A stretch of DNA of 64,000 nt from Klebsormidium nitens (taxonomy: Eukaryota; Plantae; Klebsormidiophyceae). Shown here piece after piece: positions 1-11,014 of this stretch. How positions within the stretch are numbered: position 1 is the stretch's first letter; each line of letters opens with the position of its first letter. The DNA lies in the NCBI GenBank assembly GCA_000708835.1, contig DF237014.1, forward strand, positions 62,001 through 126,000, in the 5' to 3' direction. The notes beneath the pieces are model-generated. The model was not told the origin of the DNA and searched no databases. It was given only the letters and a program-made list of their open reading frames with translations. The position numbers and the translations under genes are program-made.

Positions 1-854
1 CTTTCGATGAGGAGCCAGCTGGAGCAACTTCGAAGTGCTGATATCGAAGTGTATGGAAGAGAAGGTGCCCTCGCCAGCGCTAAGAGAATTGTTATTAGTT
101 GAAGACTAGGGAACCACTGGCAGATCACTCTGTTTCTTTAATGCGGCACTTGATAGTGTGCAGCCTTCCTTTAACTCTGTCCCTGCGAATTGTGAGCCAT
201 GATCTGCCCAGACAATTTCCTATCCACCAGATTGTCTGACATCCAGATGCCGATGATCATGAGCTCCCACAAGCACCATCTCATTAGACACACCACCCCG
301 AACCATCACGACAGAACTAGGTAAATGCTGGAGCACCAAGACTCAGAGGCTGTCTTTCGGTTGAGGTTGGCCAATGGACGCCCCACAGTTTCAGGACTCG
401 GTCAGTTTGTCGTTGGGCGTTTTGCCCACAGATCCTGGTGTGCGCCCCCATTGTCGAGCTATGAAGTCAGGCAGCTGACCCGCGAACTGCGCTCAGACCT
501 CAGTTCAACTTGTGTCAGGCCAGGCTGCAGGAGGCTGAGGGAGCCCCCTGCGAAGGGCGAAACCTTCGGGGAGGGGTCGACCAAACCGAATTGTCGATGG
601 CGGAGATCTACCTACCACCGGTGGGTGGTACCCGGTCGATCCCTACTCGGCAGAGGATCTCCAGTGTCGCACAGTGTCCACCATCCAGTCACATCCAGTG
701 CATGCACATCGCGCATTTGCCCCGACGTACACCTGCGACCTACCGGTACTTTGAGGTTGTGCGGTTGGATCACCCCGAGCTCTTAGTCGGTCGACCGTCG
801 ATCGATCGACCGGGCGTCTTGCGAACATTAGAGGTCATGATTGACCGTCCCCAG

Positions 855-1199
855 GGGCCTATGCACACACAAAGTTGGGTCTCGGTGCCGATTTTGGGGC
901 TCCAAAGCCAATTTCACAGGACCGGAACCCGGCCACTTGGAACCCGGCAACCCGCTATGCACACAGGCAACTCGACAACCTGTTTTCTACGACACAAGAA
1001 CCCGATTGTATTATTCGGAACCCGGCCGTAGGGCCGGGTTCCGAATTTTGGCAAATTCGAGGAACCAGGTTGCGATCGAGAACCCGGAACCCAACTCCTG
1101 TGTGCACAGCCGTTCCTCGGCACCGGGTTGCAAATTGAAGCACCAGGTTCCCAATTTGCCTGGGGAACCCGGAACCCAAACCTCTGTGTGCATAGGCCC
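855..1199. mobile_element. Non-autonomous fold-back MITE, PIF/Harbinger-like
   Basis: Perfect 15-bp terminal inverted repeats GGGCCTATGCACACA (855-869) / TGTGTGCATAGGCCC (1185-1199), flanked by a direct CAG (852-854 and 1200-1202). Internal inverted TIR-like copies (~955-967, ~1098-1110), repeated GGAACCCGG motifs and a central 15-bp stem (1013-1027/1032-1046). No transposase ORF. Confidence 0.8.
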
Positions 1200-1356
1200 C
1201 AGCTGTCACTGTCGCAAAATGTACAAAGATGACGAGAAAAGTTTGGGAGAATTTTGTTCGGACGGTACCGGGCGCACAATGGCTGCGGATGGTACCAACC
1301 GTCACTTCGCGTGCGGTACCCATCTTTGCCAAGCGCAGACGCAACCGGGCACTATG

Positions 1357-1504
1357 ACTGACCTTAGGGTTAAGTCACAAAGCAGTGATGGTATGTTAGG
1401 GTTACGCCACTACCTGTGACGGTTTGTTAGGGTCGCGTCCCTTCCCTGTGAATGCTCTCCGATTAGGGTTCCCACTAACGGCTAAGCCACTGACCTTAGG
1501 GTTT
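1357..1504 (+). repeat. Degenerate ~32-bp minisatellite with telomeric/telo-box TTAGGGT cores
   Basis: TTAGGGT at 1364, 1396, 1427, 1463 and 1496 (spacing 32, 31, 36, 33). ACTGACCTTAGGGTT occurs twice. One exact telo-box (TAGGGTTT, 1497-1504). Confidence 0.75.
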
Positions 1505-1613
1505 TCGTGCGGTTTGGTGTTAGCCGAGCACTTTATCGGCGTCCACCGAAGGCGTCCGTGTCCGATTCTCCCAAGTTTTATTCGTGCCTCTTGCCTGTCT
1601 GTCACTTGACACC

Positions 1614-1845
1614 CAGCGGCCAGCCGCGCTGAGCCGGAGGGCACGCGGCCGGCTTTTATGTGGGCCGCCGCGAGCAAGCCGCGGCCCGGGCGGCAGCGGC
1701 GCGCTGCGCGCGGCGCGGGCGGCCGCGACCGTGGTAATAGGCGGCCGCCCGGCGGCAAATCAAAACCTCGGCTAAAGCCGCGGGTTTTGTAACTATTGAG
1801 CGAACTCCTCAGCGCGGCGGCTGATGTCGCGGCCGCCATGCGGCT
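1614..1845. other. GC/CpG-rich patch upstream of RsmI with an imperfect inverted repeat
   Basis: Dense GCGGCCGC/CGCG motifs. GCCGCGCTGAG (1623-1633) is the reverse complement of CTCAGCGCGGC (1808-1818). Confidence 0.5.
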
Positions 1846-1949
1846 GCTAAGTTTCTGCTACTTGACCATTCATTTGCAGCATTGGGGCCGGGCTCTGAAT
1901 CCGAGACAGAGCTTTTGAAAGCTTCGTGGCGCTGTTAGGAGTTTTTGAA

Positions 1950-4900
1950 ATGGCAGGAAGGCAACTAGCTTTGGGCTCTATTCAGCACTCTTTGCAGGGC
2001 TTGAACATAAGGTTTAGGGGTGGCGTTTGCCACCAGCGGATTCATCAATGCCCCCAGCGTCCAGCTGCCCCAAGAGAGAGGCACAGAGGTCACAATGCAC
2101 ATGCCGACTATGAAGCGCTCCGAGCAAGTCCTCTTCAGCATCAGGTGACCAGAATCTTGGAAGTATGCTCAAAAAGTTCAAGCCTTGGCCGACTCCAGCG
2201 ATACACAACCAACCGATTTGCGACATGTTCCTCCATGAGCCATGCAAGCGCGCGACACTCCTTACCTTCCATAAGTATGTCAAGTACTGCGCCAGATATT
2301 GTCGAGACAGCGGCTTCAGGTGGCGTTAGTGAAAGCCCTGACATGTCAACTGACAGCAGCGCTGGAGAACTCTACTCATCATTCAATTTTCATAAGGACA
2401 AAGGTGGCAGCCCGCCTTCATTGCAGCAGGGAGCATTGTACCTTGTTGGAACTCCGATAGGCAATCTGGAGGACATCTCATTCAGGTTAGTCTCTGCATC
2501 TTCAGTAATTGGATGGTCACCCTTGGTTATATTGGATGGTTTGTCTTACTCACAGTGCATAGTGGTGGTATGATTGTAGCAGCTGTGTTCGGGCCAGTTC
2601 CAGAAGTCCTTCCATCACAACTTCCAACCTGCAAAATCAGGGACCGACTTTCTCGTGGCTGGAGGGGACAAGTGCCCCACCCAAGGTGGTCAGAGCTACG
2701 TCCGTAAGGTCTGCTTGGGGAACTGCGTATGGTGTCTTGCCACCATACTCGCTTCAATCCTGCTACTGCAAACCATACTCGCTTGAATCCTGCTACTGCA
2801 AACCTGCGCGGATTCCGAAGTAGCCAAAGGAGAAGAGCTATTTTCCCCATGAGTTGCTCATGCCCTCTTGATGGGCACTCAAGTGGATCAAAGCTCAGAT
2901 TCAGAATGTTCTTTGATATCGAGCCCTCTATACGGAGAAGTTTCAAAACCATGAATTTACAGTAGTGTTTGGTCAAGGGCCGCTGTGGAAGCCCCAACTC
3001 TTCTGCGTCCAAGCGCGACCGAAGGCCTTGGTGAACTATAGCCTGTATGAGCTTCCAAATGTCTGTCTTTGTTGGTTGTAGGGCCTTACGTGTGCTTAGC
3101 TTGGCTGATGTCATCCTGGCGGAGGACACACGGCGGTCAAGCAAACTGCTGAGCTACTTCGAAATCAGAACACCGATGATTAGTTTCCATCTGCACAACG
3201 AGCAGTCTAGAGAGGGGGAGGTGCTGCAAAAGCTGCGCGCGGGCAAAGTGGTGGCGGTGGTCTCGGACGCAGGTGTGTGTCGTTAGCACCCAATTGCACA
3301 CTTCCCCCTCCGAATGAAGAGCCATCCCAATCCCCTGCAGGGATAGGCTCTGCGGTGAAAGCTTTCCCATTCCTTCAGAGATTATGGACAGATTCGTTTT
3401 TCTACCATTCCTTGGATCCTCGGGTAGCGGGGGTGAGGCTAAACAAGAAACGAGGGGGGTGAAAGCTTTTCATATTGCAACCAGTCCCTTTACATCAGAA
3501 GATCAACGTGGATTACGCTTGTTGCTCAGGCTTAGGCCAGAAGTGTTTAAGCAAGAACTTAGGAGAAAGGAGAATCTTAGGAGAAAGGAGAATCAGTTCC
3601 TATCAATAAGATGATCGTTTTTGTGTTTTCCCCCAACAAATTATCAATGCCATCGAATAGAAGCCTACTTAGTCTCTGATCGATGTTCTTTGACCGTCAC
3701 AGGTATGCCAGGCATCAGCGATCCAGGGATGGAATTGGTGAGAGCATGCTAGTGTTGAACAGAATTGCGCTTGGCTTGCAGCAAGTCTTATTGGGCAGCG
3801 AAACGCGTTGGGTTTGATTGGAGATTGGAAATCATTGCTGTGAAAGGTAAGGTTTGTGCAGTATTTGGACAGGAGATATCCTAGTAAATTATGTTAAAAG
3901 CTGCAACATTAGGGCGCACACCTCACATTTTCGCTGCGCAGGTGGAGGCTTGTGTGGGAGCCAAGATTCCTGTAATCCCCATTCCTGGCCCATCAGCCGT
4001 TATCACGGCCTTGGTGGCCTCAGGACTGCCAACATACGAGTTCACTTTCCGTGAGTCAGGTCACCCTGCTTTGCCATCCCTCCTGGAAGCCTTACGAAAT
4101 CTCGTGTTCCATCTAGTTCATGATTGCTCTCTGCTCGATTCTACCATGCCCTGTATATTCGACAATCATCTTTCACTGATTGTGATTGTGTGAGGTTCAG
4201 ATAAGTCGACCTAGCCGTTTCCTGGCTTCGGGTTGAACTGATGACGCTGCAGCACACGTGATGAGAGCAGCTCGTTCATGTGTCGAGAAACTCAGGGGCC
4301 GGTTACCTTGAGCTGACTGCCTACTTGAGCATGCTTCTGAGAAATAAAAACGTTTGCAGTTGAGAAGGCTAGGTAGGCCTACACTGCAAGAACTCTCACT
4401 TTGTCCAAGACGGAATTCGGATCCGAGGTCCGAGTGAATAGGATCCAGAGCCCGAGCTCTTTCTCCGTGCAGTCGGTTTTCTGCCGCCCGATAAAGCTGC
4501 GAGGAGAAAACGCTTGGCGTCCATGAAGGATAGCAAGCCCACCCAGGTCATGTTTGTTGGGCCCCACAAACTAGCCGCATGCTTAGCAGATGCTGCTGAC
4601 GTCATCGGCCCAGAGCGCCGGTGTGTTGTTGCAAGGTGAGAAGACAGGTTCTCGGTTAAGTTGTGGACTTCGACTGAGCCCCTCTAGCTAAACCTTAGAA
4701 AGCGCCCGTTGTAGGATATTCACAATCAGCCAGTGTCTTTCACTAGACGTGTATTGCCAGAATCGCTATGGGAGTCCCGCAGAGGAGTCGCGCAGAGGAG
4801 TTTCAACCGTTTTGCTTTCCGTGTTTCGTGGACACTTGACTGGCGGGAAACAAGGTCAAGTAAGGCGGACTGGTTTGCTGAGCCACCTGTCGAGGGTGGC

Positions 4901-5583
4901 AAAACCCGGATTGTCGGTGACGCTAGAAAAACGCGGAAACTCTGGTCGTTGTGGGATGCCGGACGCTTCGGGAAGAATGGAAACAACCGACGACGCTGCC
5001 GAGCCTGAAAACCAGATTTGATTTAAGACCCGTAATCGGACTCGCAACCGCTCTTCGTTTCAGGCTTGCCTTTCAGAGCCGACCCTTTTCTAAGATCGGC
5101 GTCTCGACAAGCGGGATTGGCGTCGAGGAGTGCCTGCGGGCCGAGTCGGCCCATGTCTGGCTCAAGCTGTCTATGTCTGTCAGCTGACGTAATATTGCTG
5201 CTCCTGCTGACAGGGAGATGACGAAGGTGTTCGAGGAGTTCTATCGAGGACCCCTCGGCGAGGCAGCAGCCGCCTTCAGATCGCCAGACCCGGGAGAGGC
5301 ACCCCAGGCGGTAAAGAGGAAAAGACCCGAAGCAGTCGTCCGTGGGGAAGTGACGCTTCTCATTGAGGGTCATCGGAAGGAACACGAGGAAGAAATCTCG
5401 GAAGATGACATAACTGCCCAACTGCTGGCGCTCAGAGAACGGGGGGCTTCGGTTTCCGACGTGAGGACTTCGCTCCTTACAACCTACTGTGAAAACCCTT
5501 TCGTGGGGGCTCGTCATTTGGTGGCTCGTTCTTCAGAGCGTTTCAATCGGGAAGCTGTGCTTTGTGTTCGCTTTACGAGCTAG
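1950..5583 (+). CDS. rsmI: RsmI-like 16S rRNA (cytidine-2'-O)-methyltransferase (tetrapyrrole methylase family) with a probable plastid transit peptide; 6 exons
   Basis: Exons 1950-2485, 3082-3272, 3703-3737, 3942-4050, 4473-4635, 5214-5583 are GT-AG and in phase. Motifs: LYLVGTPIGNLEDIS, ILAEDTR, SFHLHNE, VSDAGMPGISDPG, PIPGPSA, GFLP, AREMTKVFEEFYRG, RGEVTLLIEG. Confidence 0.93.
2742..2804 (+). repeat. 30-bp tandem duplication in RsmI intron 1
   Basis: ACCATACTCGCTT(C/G)AATCCTGCTACTGCAA x2 plus ACC. Confidence 0.85.
3558..3593 (+). repeat. 18-bp tandem duplication in RsmI intron 2
   Basis: CTTAGGAGAAAGGAGAAT x2. Confidence 0.85.
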
Positions 5584-7214
5584 ACCTGTGAGTTCTCGGA
5601 TTGAATGCTTTGATAGCAAGCCCGGGGCGATACTGAAAAAACGTTGTTCCTGGCTGACGTCAAGGATACTGTTTTACAGCAAGATGAGGCTCGTTGATGC
5701 GTTTCCCTCGTGTACCATCTAATGGAATTCCATTGTGCTCCTATGTGTAGGCCACACGCGAGATTGTCGAAGCTTCAGGTTTGCGCAAGAAGAAGATCTA
5801 CAGGTTGGCGCTCGATCTCTGGAAAGACGACTGATATTGAGAGAGAATTTCGGTACGTACGACAGCGAAAAACATGGTTAAAGTGCTGCTTCTCGAAGAA
5901 GAGCAATACTCGGAAGCTTAGGAACCTCGATGGAAGCCCGGCCCTAAGTCAAGGCCTTTGATCTGCGATTCCGTTGAAAGTCATCTGGCCGTGCTTATAA
6001 TGTATCTAACTGAAGCCTGCTGCGTGGCATGCTACGTTTGTGAGTTCCAAATTGAACTTGATATATCAGGCATATTATACGTTTCACGGCCCTAATGTGG
6101 GTGCTCGCCTTTCTCGATTTTGGCCCAAGTACTGTGCAGTGGCAATCCCGACATGTGCCGTGATCCTTCCATCACTCTTGTTGTGGCGCTATAAAGGATT
6201 CGTTCGAAGAGGTTCGAGGCATCGCTATGTTTGTGTAACTGCATATGCAACAAAGATTGTATGACGGCGAACCCCTACTTCGTATTGCGTAAATAGTTTA
6301 CCTGACAGATGAGCAAAGCGTTGATGCCCGCAGCCAGACCGCCTATAGCATCATATCACATATGGATCCGCGGCGTAGCTGCAGAGGAATGTCTCATAGT
6401 TTTCGATATGAGAAAGTTCTAGTCACCATATGCATTTGCTCACATTATTAATCAAGATATCTCTTCATGGATCCCGGAGTCCGCAGGCATGCGGCAAGGA
6501 ATTAACGGATAGGTATGCTGGCATTATAAGCTTTGGGCGGCCGTGCGTATAAGAGGGACGTGACTGCATGCGGGCGCATGCTACGTTCACTCACTGAGAT
6601 GATCACATGCACCGGAACATACACTTGCATGAAAGCGAACCAGCAGCACAAGCCATGATAAACTGCAGTTGCAAGAGGCCATAATGCAGCGCATTTTCCC
6701 CTTGCAATTGTCCACTTGCAGTTGCGGGATGAAGACATGGCTCGCCGAGCCGAATAAGCTCGCCTCTTGCGTGTGAGCTCCAGGGCCGCGCACAGTTTAC
6801 ATGGATTTGTAAGGCCCAACTCTGGTACGGTGCGAAGCCTTTCGGCTCGCTGCCGCGCATTGAAATGCCAGCATGCCTAGGATATGGGAGTCACGTTGTT
6901 CAAGACTGCGGACTCCGATGACAGCCTACTGTCAGTGTAGGTGGTAATAGTCGCAAATTACTGCATATGGCAGGACTCGCGTACTTCGATACACCGCGAA
7001 GCTTCATGAAGCTCAAAGCCAAGCTTGAAGTGAACAGTACCTCTATGTGATTCAAAAAAGCCTTTGAACGAGCACCTGATGTGCGATGATGGATCCAGAA
7101 GGCAAGTCTATCAGATGCAACATGTATTGAGTGGATGTCGCCTAGTGCTAATGCATTCAGCACTCACTCTCGAGATACGAGTTCCAGATTTGTTGAGGTC
7201 AGTTTCACCGACCT

Positions 7215-9750
7215 CTACCTTTTGCGAACCCTCATGACCCGAGCCCTACCTATGTTTTCGATAAGAATCGCCTGAGGAATCGGCCTCTTTCTGCAACCAG
7301 AATCTTGAAGGTTATCCTGGGTTGAGTTCTTTGTGCCGGTTGAAACTTTCTGCCTCTCGTTCAAAAGCTCAGATTTAGGCTCTTCGTTCTGCTCTTTCCC
7401 GACTTCGACACATTTCTCTTTCTCCGAGGACTGAGCTTCCAATCCTTCAGCTCTCGATCCGCCTGGTAGATTGTCGTCAACTGCGTCCACCCCGGACGTT
7501 TGCGTAGCCATCTCGACCGTCTCGTTGTGGTCTGAAAGTTTCTTTCGAATGCCGTCTTTGAAGAGTTGTGCTAGGTCCTCATCGACCTCCGCTTTTTCCT
7601 TCACCCACGGCCTTACAACCGGCATAGAAGGCTCCGCATTGATGAGCGGTTGTTCTTTGGAGTACTTTTGGGTTTGGTGTGACTCTTTCGTCTCAACATC
7701 CCAGTGAACGTGTACTGAACGGCTAGTCTTTTCTGCCAAAGGATTTTCTTTCAACGCCGATTTCAGATGAATTGCTTTTGTGGGATTTGGGAAGGTCTCA
7801 GGCGCTTCCTCCTGCCTTTCCAGCTCGTCCTCCCATAGTTCCGTTGACATTTTGGACCTTCTACTGTTTTTCAGGAGAGAGGCTGGACCGGTGTGGTTGT
7901 TTTGGTGGTGAAGCTCTGAACCACCCATCGTGACATGGACGGCACGGATAGAGTCTTTTGGAATCTTGTTGGCCTGAGAAGCTGTTGGCCGTAAGCTCGC
8001 CTTATTATGCGGAGGAAGACCGGCTTCGAAAGACTGCGAAAAGAGAAAATGATTGCTTTCAGCACACTTAACTTAGTGGAAGAAGATAAGAATCTGCGTA
8101 GGTCGTCCCCTTCATTGAGAGTTAATCATCTGCGTTAGTCCCTACATCAGCTGTTACTTAAACCGTACCTTCGCAACTATGGACGCCGTGTCCGGATGGT
8201 GGATGTTGGTTCTGAGCATTCCAGCCACTTCTTCGCGGAGGGCCTTGAAGAAGCTCTTCGTCCGCACTGCAAATCGCTGCTGAGATGTCATGCTCAGTGC
8301 GTACATCAGCACTTCGGAATTTGTTATGCGTCAAAGCGTTGGCCGCATCCTATCAGCACTATTGACGCTTGGAGGTACGGACAAGGAAAAGAACCTCAGC
8401 AGGCGACTTTTGCCTACCTTGCTCCTTCAGGACTACCCTTAGAACGCTTCGTACATCTTTGTTTTCTTCCTGTATGTTTTTGAGATCTTCTTGCAACCGT
8501 TGGCTGTCCTCATCGTAATGCCTGTCTCCTTCTTCGATAAGCCATTGAGCTCCTTTCATACGTCTTGCTTGATCTGGACGGTAACGTAAGACAGAGCGTC
8601 GGATAGTGGAAACGAGAGACAAATTAAAGGAGGGAAGTATGCATTTTCGGCATTTGGATCAGTGCTTTACAACGTGGCAGACACCAGAGTCTAACAGATT
8701 TTCAGGGATATAATATTCATCAAAGCCTTGAGTTGGCCTGCAAAACCCACCTTCAAGCTGTTTTTGCATGTCAGAAACTTTGCGATCAACGGACGAAGCG
8801 ACAGCTGACAGCTTAAACTCCCTGCAAAGGTATCGAATTCAAGATGAACCACGAAAACAAATGATTAGCCACTGGCAAATTCTTCCAGAAGGAAGGTTAT
8901 AACTCACTGCAGGCCTGTCAAGGTTTGAATTGAACTGTTCTTTAGCAAAGCTAGCATAATTCATAGGATCATGAGTGTCTTAGCGAACTCACATCTTGTC
9001 CTCGATGCGCCGTTCGAGGGCGGCGGACTGATCTTGCAAGCTTTTGGTCACCAGACCGACTGCTTCGTGAAACCTGACTTCATCCTTGCTCTTTGCCTGC
9101 TTCTGAATCTTTTTGATCGCCTCAGTGATTGCTTCGACATCGCTGCAACATGCACAGGTCCAGAAGGTCAGATCTTGAAAAAACCCGGACAAAGAAGCAT
9201 CTGGCTCTTCATCGAAACACTCAGGAAATGCTCAAGTTTCTCGGATGTTTGCAGAATGCATAATACAGTATGTACCCACCTGCAGATGTCGAAAGTCTGA
9301 TCTTCTGCACGTTGTTGATCACCTGCAAGTCGGAGTGGAGCTCAGTGACATGTGTAGCCTACAAGACCAGATTGGAGACCTAACGTACCTAAACCGACTC
9401 AAAAGCCATTGAAAGAAGTTTCCTATGGTAGATCTTCACACACGCTCTTGCACCTGAAGACAAGCAAGAACTTAAGTCGAGTTACCTGGTACACTCTTGT
9501 GGCTGCGTCTATCCATCACGTACTTCTTTTGCTCCTCCTTTTCATTTTCGCTCACAGGATTTTCTGGTGTCTCTTCTCCGTCCAATTGTTGCCTGCGTGA
9601 ATGGCGTGGTGACTGCCTGTCTGCCTCTTCATGATTGCTTTCGTTGTCTTCCATCAAGACATCTTTGCCTTCCATCGCTTTTAGAAGTCTGTGCCGCCGT
9701 GCAACCCTCGAAAATCGTCTATCTATCCGCGCTGCATCAGCTTTCGACAT
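7215..9750 (-). CDS. ~533-aa coiled-coil protein, candidate ASY4/SYCP3-like meiotic axis subunit with a long disordered C-terminal tail; 7 exons
   Basis: Exons 9750-9486, 9322-9280, 9142-8993, 8821-8751, 8573-8418, 8266-8169, 8033-7215 are GT-AG and total 1602 nt in frame. The central heptad region FDICSDVEAITEAIKKIQKQAK...EAVGLVTKSLQ...LERRIE resembles my recollection of the ASY4 coiled-coil start. The gene model is more certain than the family call. Confidence 0.6.
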
Positions 9751-11014
9751 TGCTACTATCGTCCCCGCTCACTCAATGAGCCAGAAGGTTCGTTCTGGTT
9801 CAGCAGCGGCGTCTCATCCTTATCTGTGTCTTTTAAGTTTTACCATACGTAGCGCTTCGCTTGAAGCAAAGCGCCGGCTACTCTGATAGGCTTTGTCAGT
9901 TTTACATTGAAATGAAAATTTGAGCAGCAGCCGCAGAGGAGGAGTTCATACCAGTGATGAACCTCGCTTTACCATTTTCCAGGCCTAGTTATTCTTTGGC
10001 AAACGACTTGGCAGCTCTGCATAAATTGCAGGAAGGCGACCTGCACGCGTAGATTCAGGGGGCCGAACCTGAAGAAGATGAAGTTGTAAGATGATCGGGC
10101 TCAAGGGCAATGCCGGGCCATGCCAGGCGATGGCATGCGGCCGTGGACGAAACCTTCGAGTCGATCAAAGTGGGACTTGCAGAGCATTCCCAAGATCATA
10201 TCCATGGCCGCGACGTCGTGGCAGTTGAAGGCTTCTTGGTGTAGCGCTGTCCTCAGCTGTACTTGCGTTTCTTTAATCTCAAGAGCTCTCGTTCTCGGTT
10301 CTCATCCAGGAAAAGAAATGAGAGCCCCTCAGCGTTTCCCTAGGCTTCGATGCCCACCCATGCCCACCTGGAACGATACGAAGATAATAGTGCCACGGTT
10401 GGTTATCATATAACATTCATACAGAACTTATGCCCGGGGAAGTGGTAGGGTTAGCTAGGACGTGGTTAGGGTGGGTTCGGTGCGGAGCGCGCAAAATTTT
10501 GGTTGGGGTTTCATAAGCCAGGCCTCTGTACCGGGTGCTTTCGAAAATCTAGTTGATTTGTGTGATACAGAATAGAGTAACGGACTTATTGCAAATATGA
10601 TAGGTACTCGTACTCGTTATTTTAGACCCTGTATGGTCAGCTTAGTCCGTTAAGTTGTGAGCTTTCGAATTCAGGTCAAGCCTGAAGTGTTTAAAAAAAG
10701 AGAACAAGAATCTTAGAAAAATCCAACGCGATCGAGTAGGAAAATGTAACCTCACGAGTTTTGAGAGCATTTTAGATCCCCGCAACGCATTCCTAGTGCA
10801 ACGCAGTTGACTGAGGTACGAAATGAAAGCTTCAGTGCCAGAACGTCCCCCGCGAGGATGTGCTTTCCTCTTGTTTAGAACTAGAACAAAAAAGTAATCA
10901 GGGCCCGCTTGGATTCTGGCTTGACAAGCCGCGCAAGCGAGGAGATAGCAGCAAACTTGGCATACTACATCTTGACAAGCCACGGTAACGGGAACGATCA
11001 GAAAGAGCGGCCCG
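9751..11014. promoter_or_regulatory. Putative bidirectional promoter between the ASY4-like and ASY3/SYCP2-like genes
   Basis: 1264 bp between divergent start codons. Contains TAGGGT telo-box-like motifs near 10447-10471 and a palindromic TTTCGAAA at 10539-10546. Confidence 0.45.

Noticed and set aside
1-840. ORFs 325-786 and 510-1031 as retrotransposon gag/protease (FRLRLANGR)
   Set aside because: No DSG/DTG protease, RT, RNase H or integrase motif, and no recognisable LTR pair.
1357-1504. Repeat-spacer pattern superficially like a CRISPR array
   Set aside because: The constant part is only 7 bp, the spacers are mutually related, there are no cas genes, and the context is eukaryotic. It is better explained as a minisatellite.
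4817-4938. Several short hairpins in RsmI intron 5 suggesting an intronic snoRNA
   Set aside because: Stems are only 6-7 bp and no C/D or H/ACA boxes are appropriately placed.
5600-7214. Short Cys-containing minus-strand ORFs as further exons of the ASY4-like gene
   Set aside because: Splicing from the candidate donor near 7218 leads to early stops; the stop at 7215 is the simpler end.
10370-10390. GGAACGATACGAAGATAA resembling U6 snRNA
   Set aside because: Lacks the ACAGAGA box and the rest of U6; a chance match.
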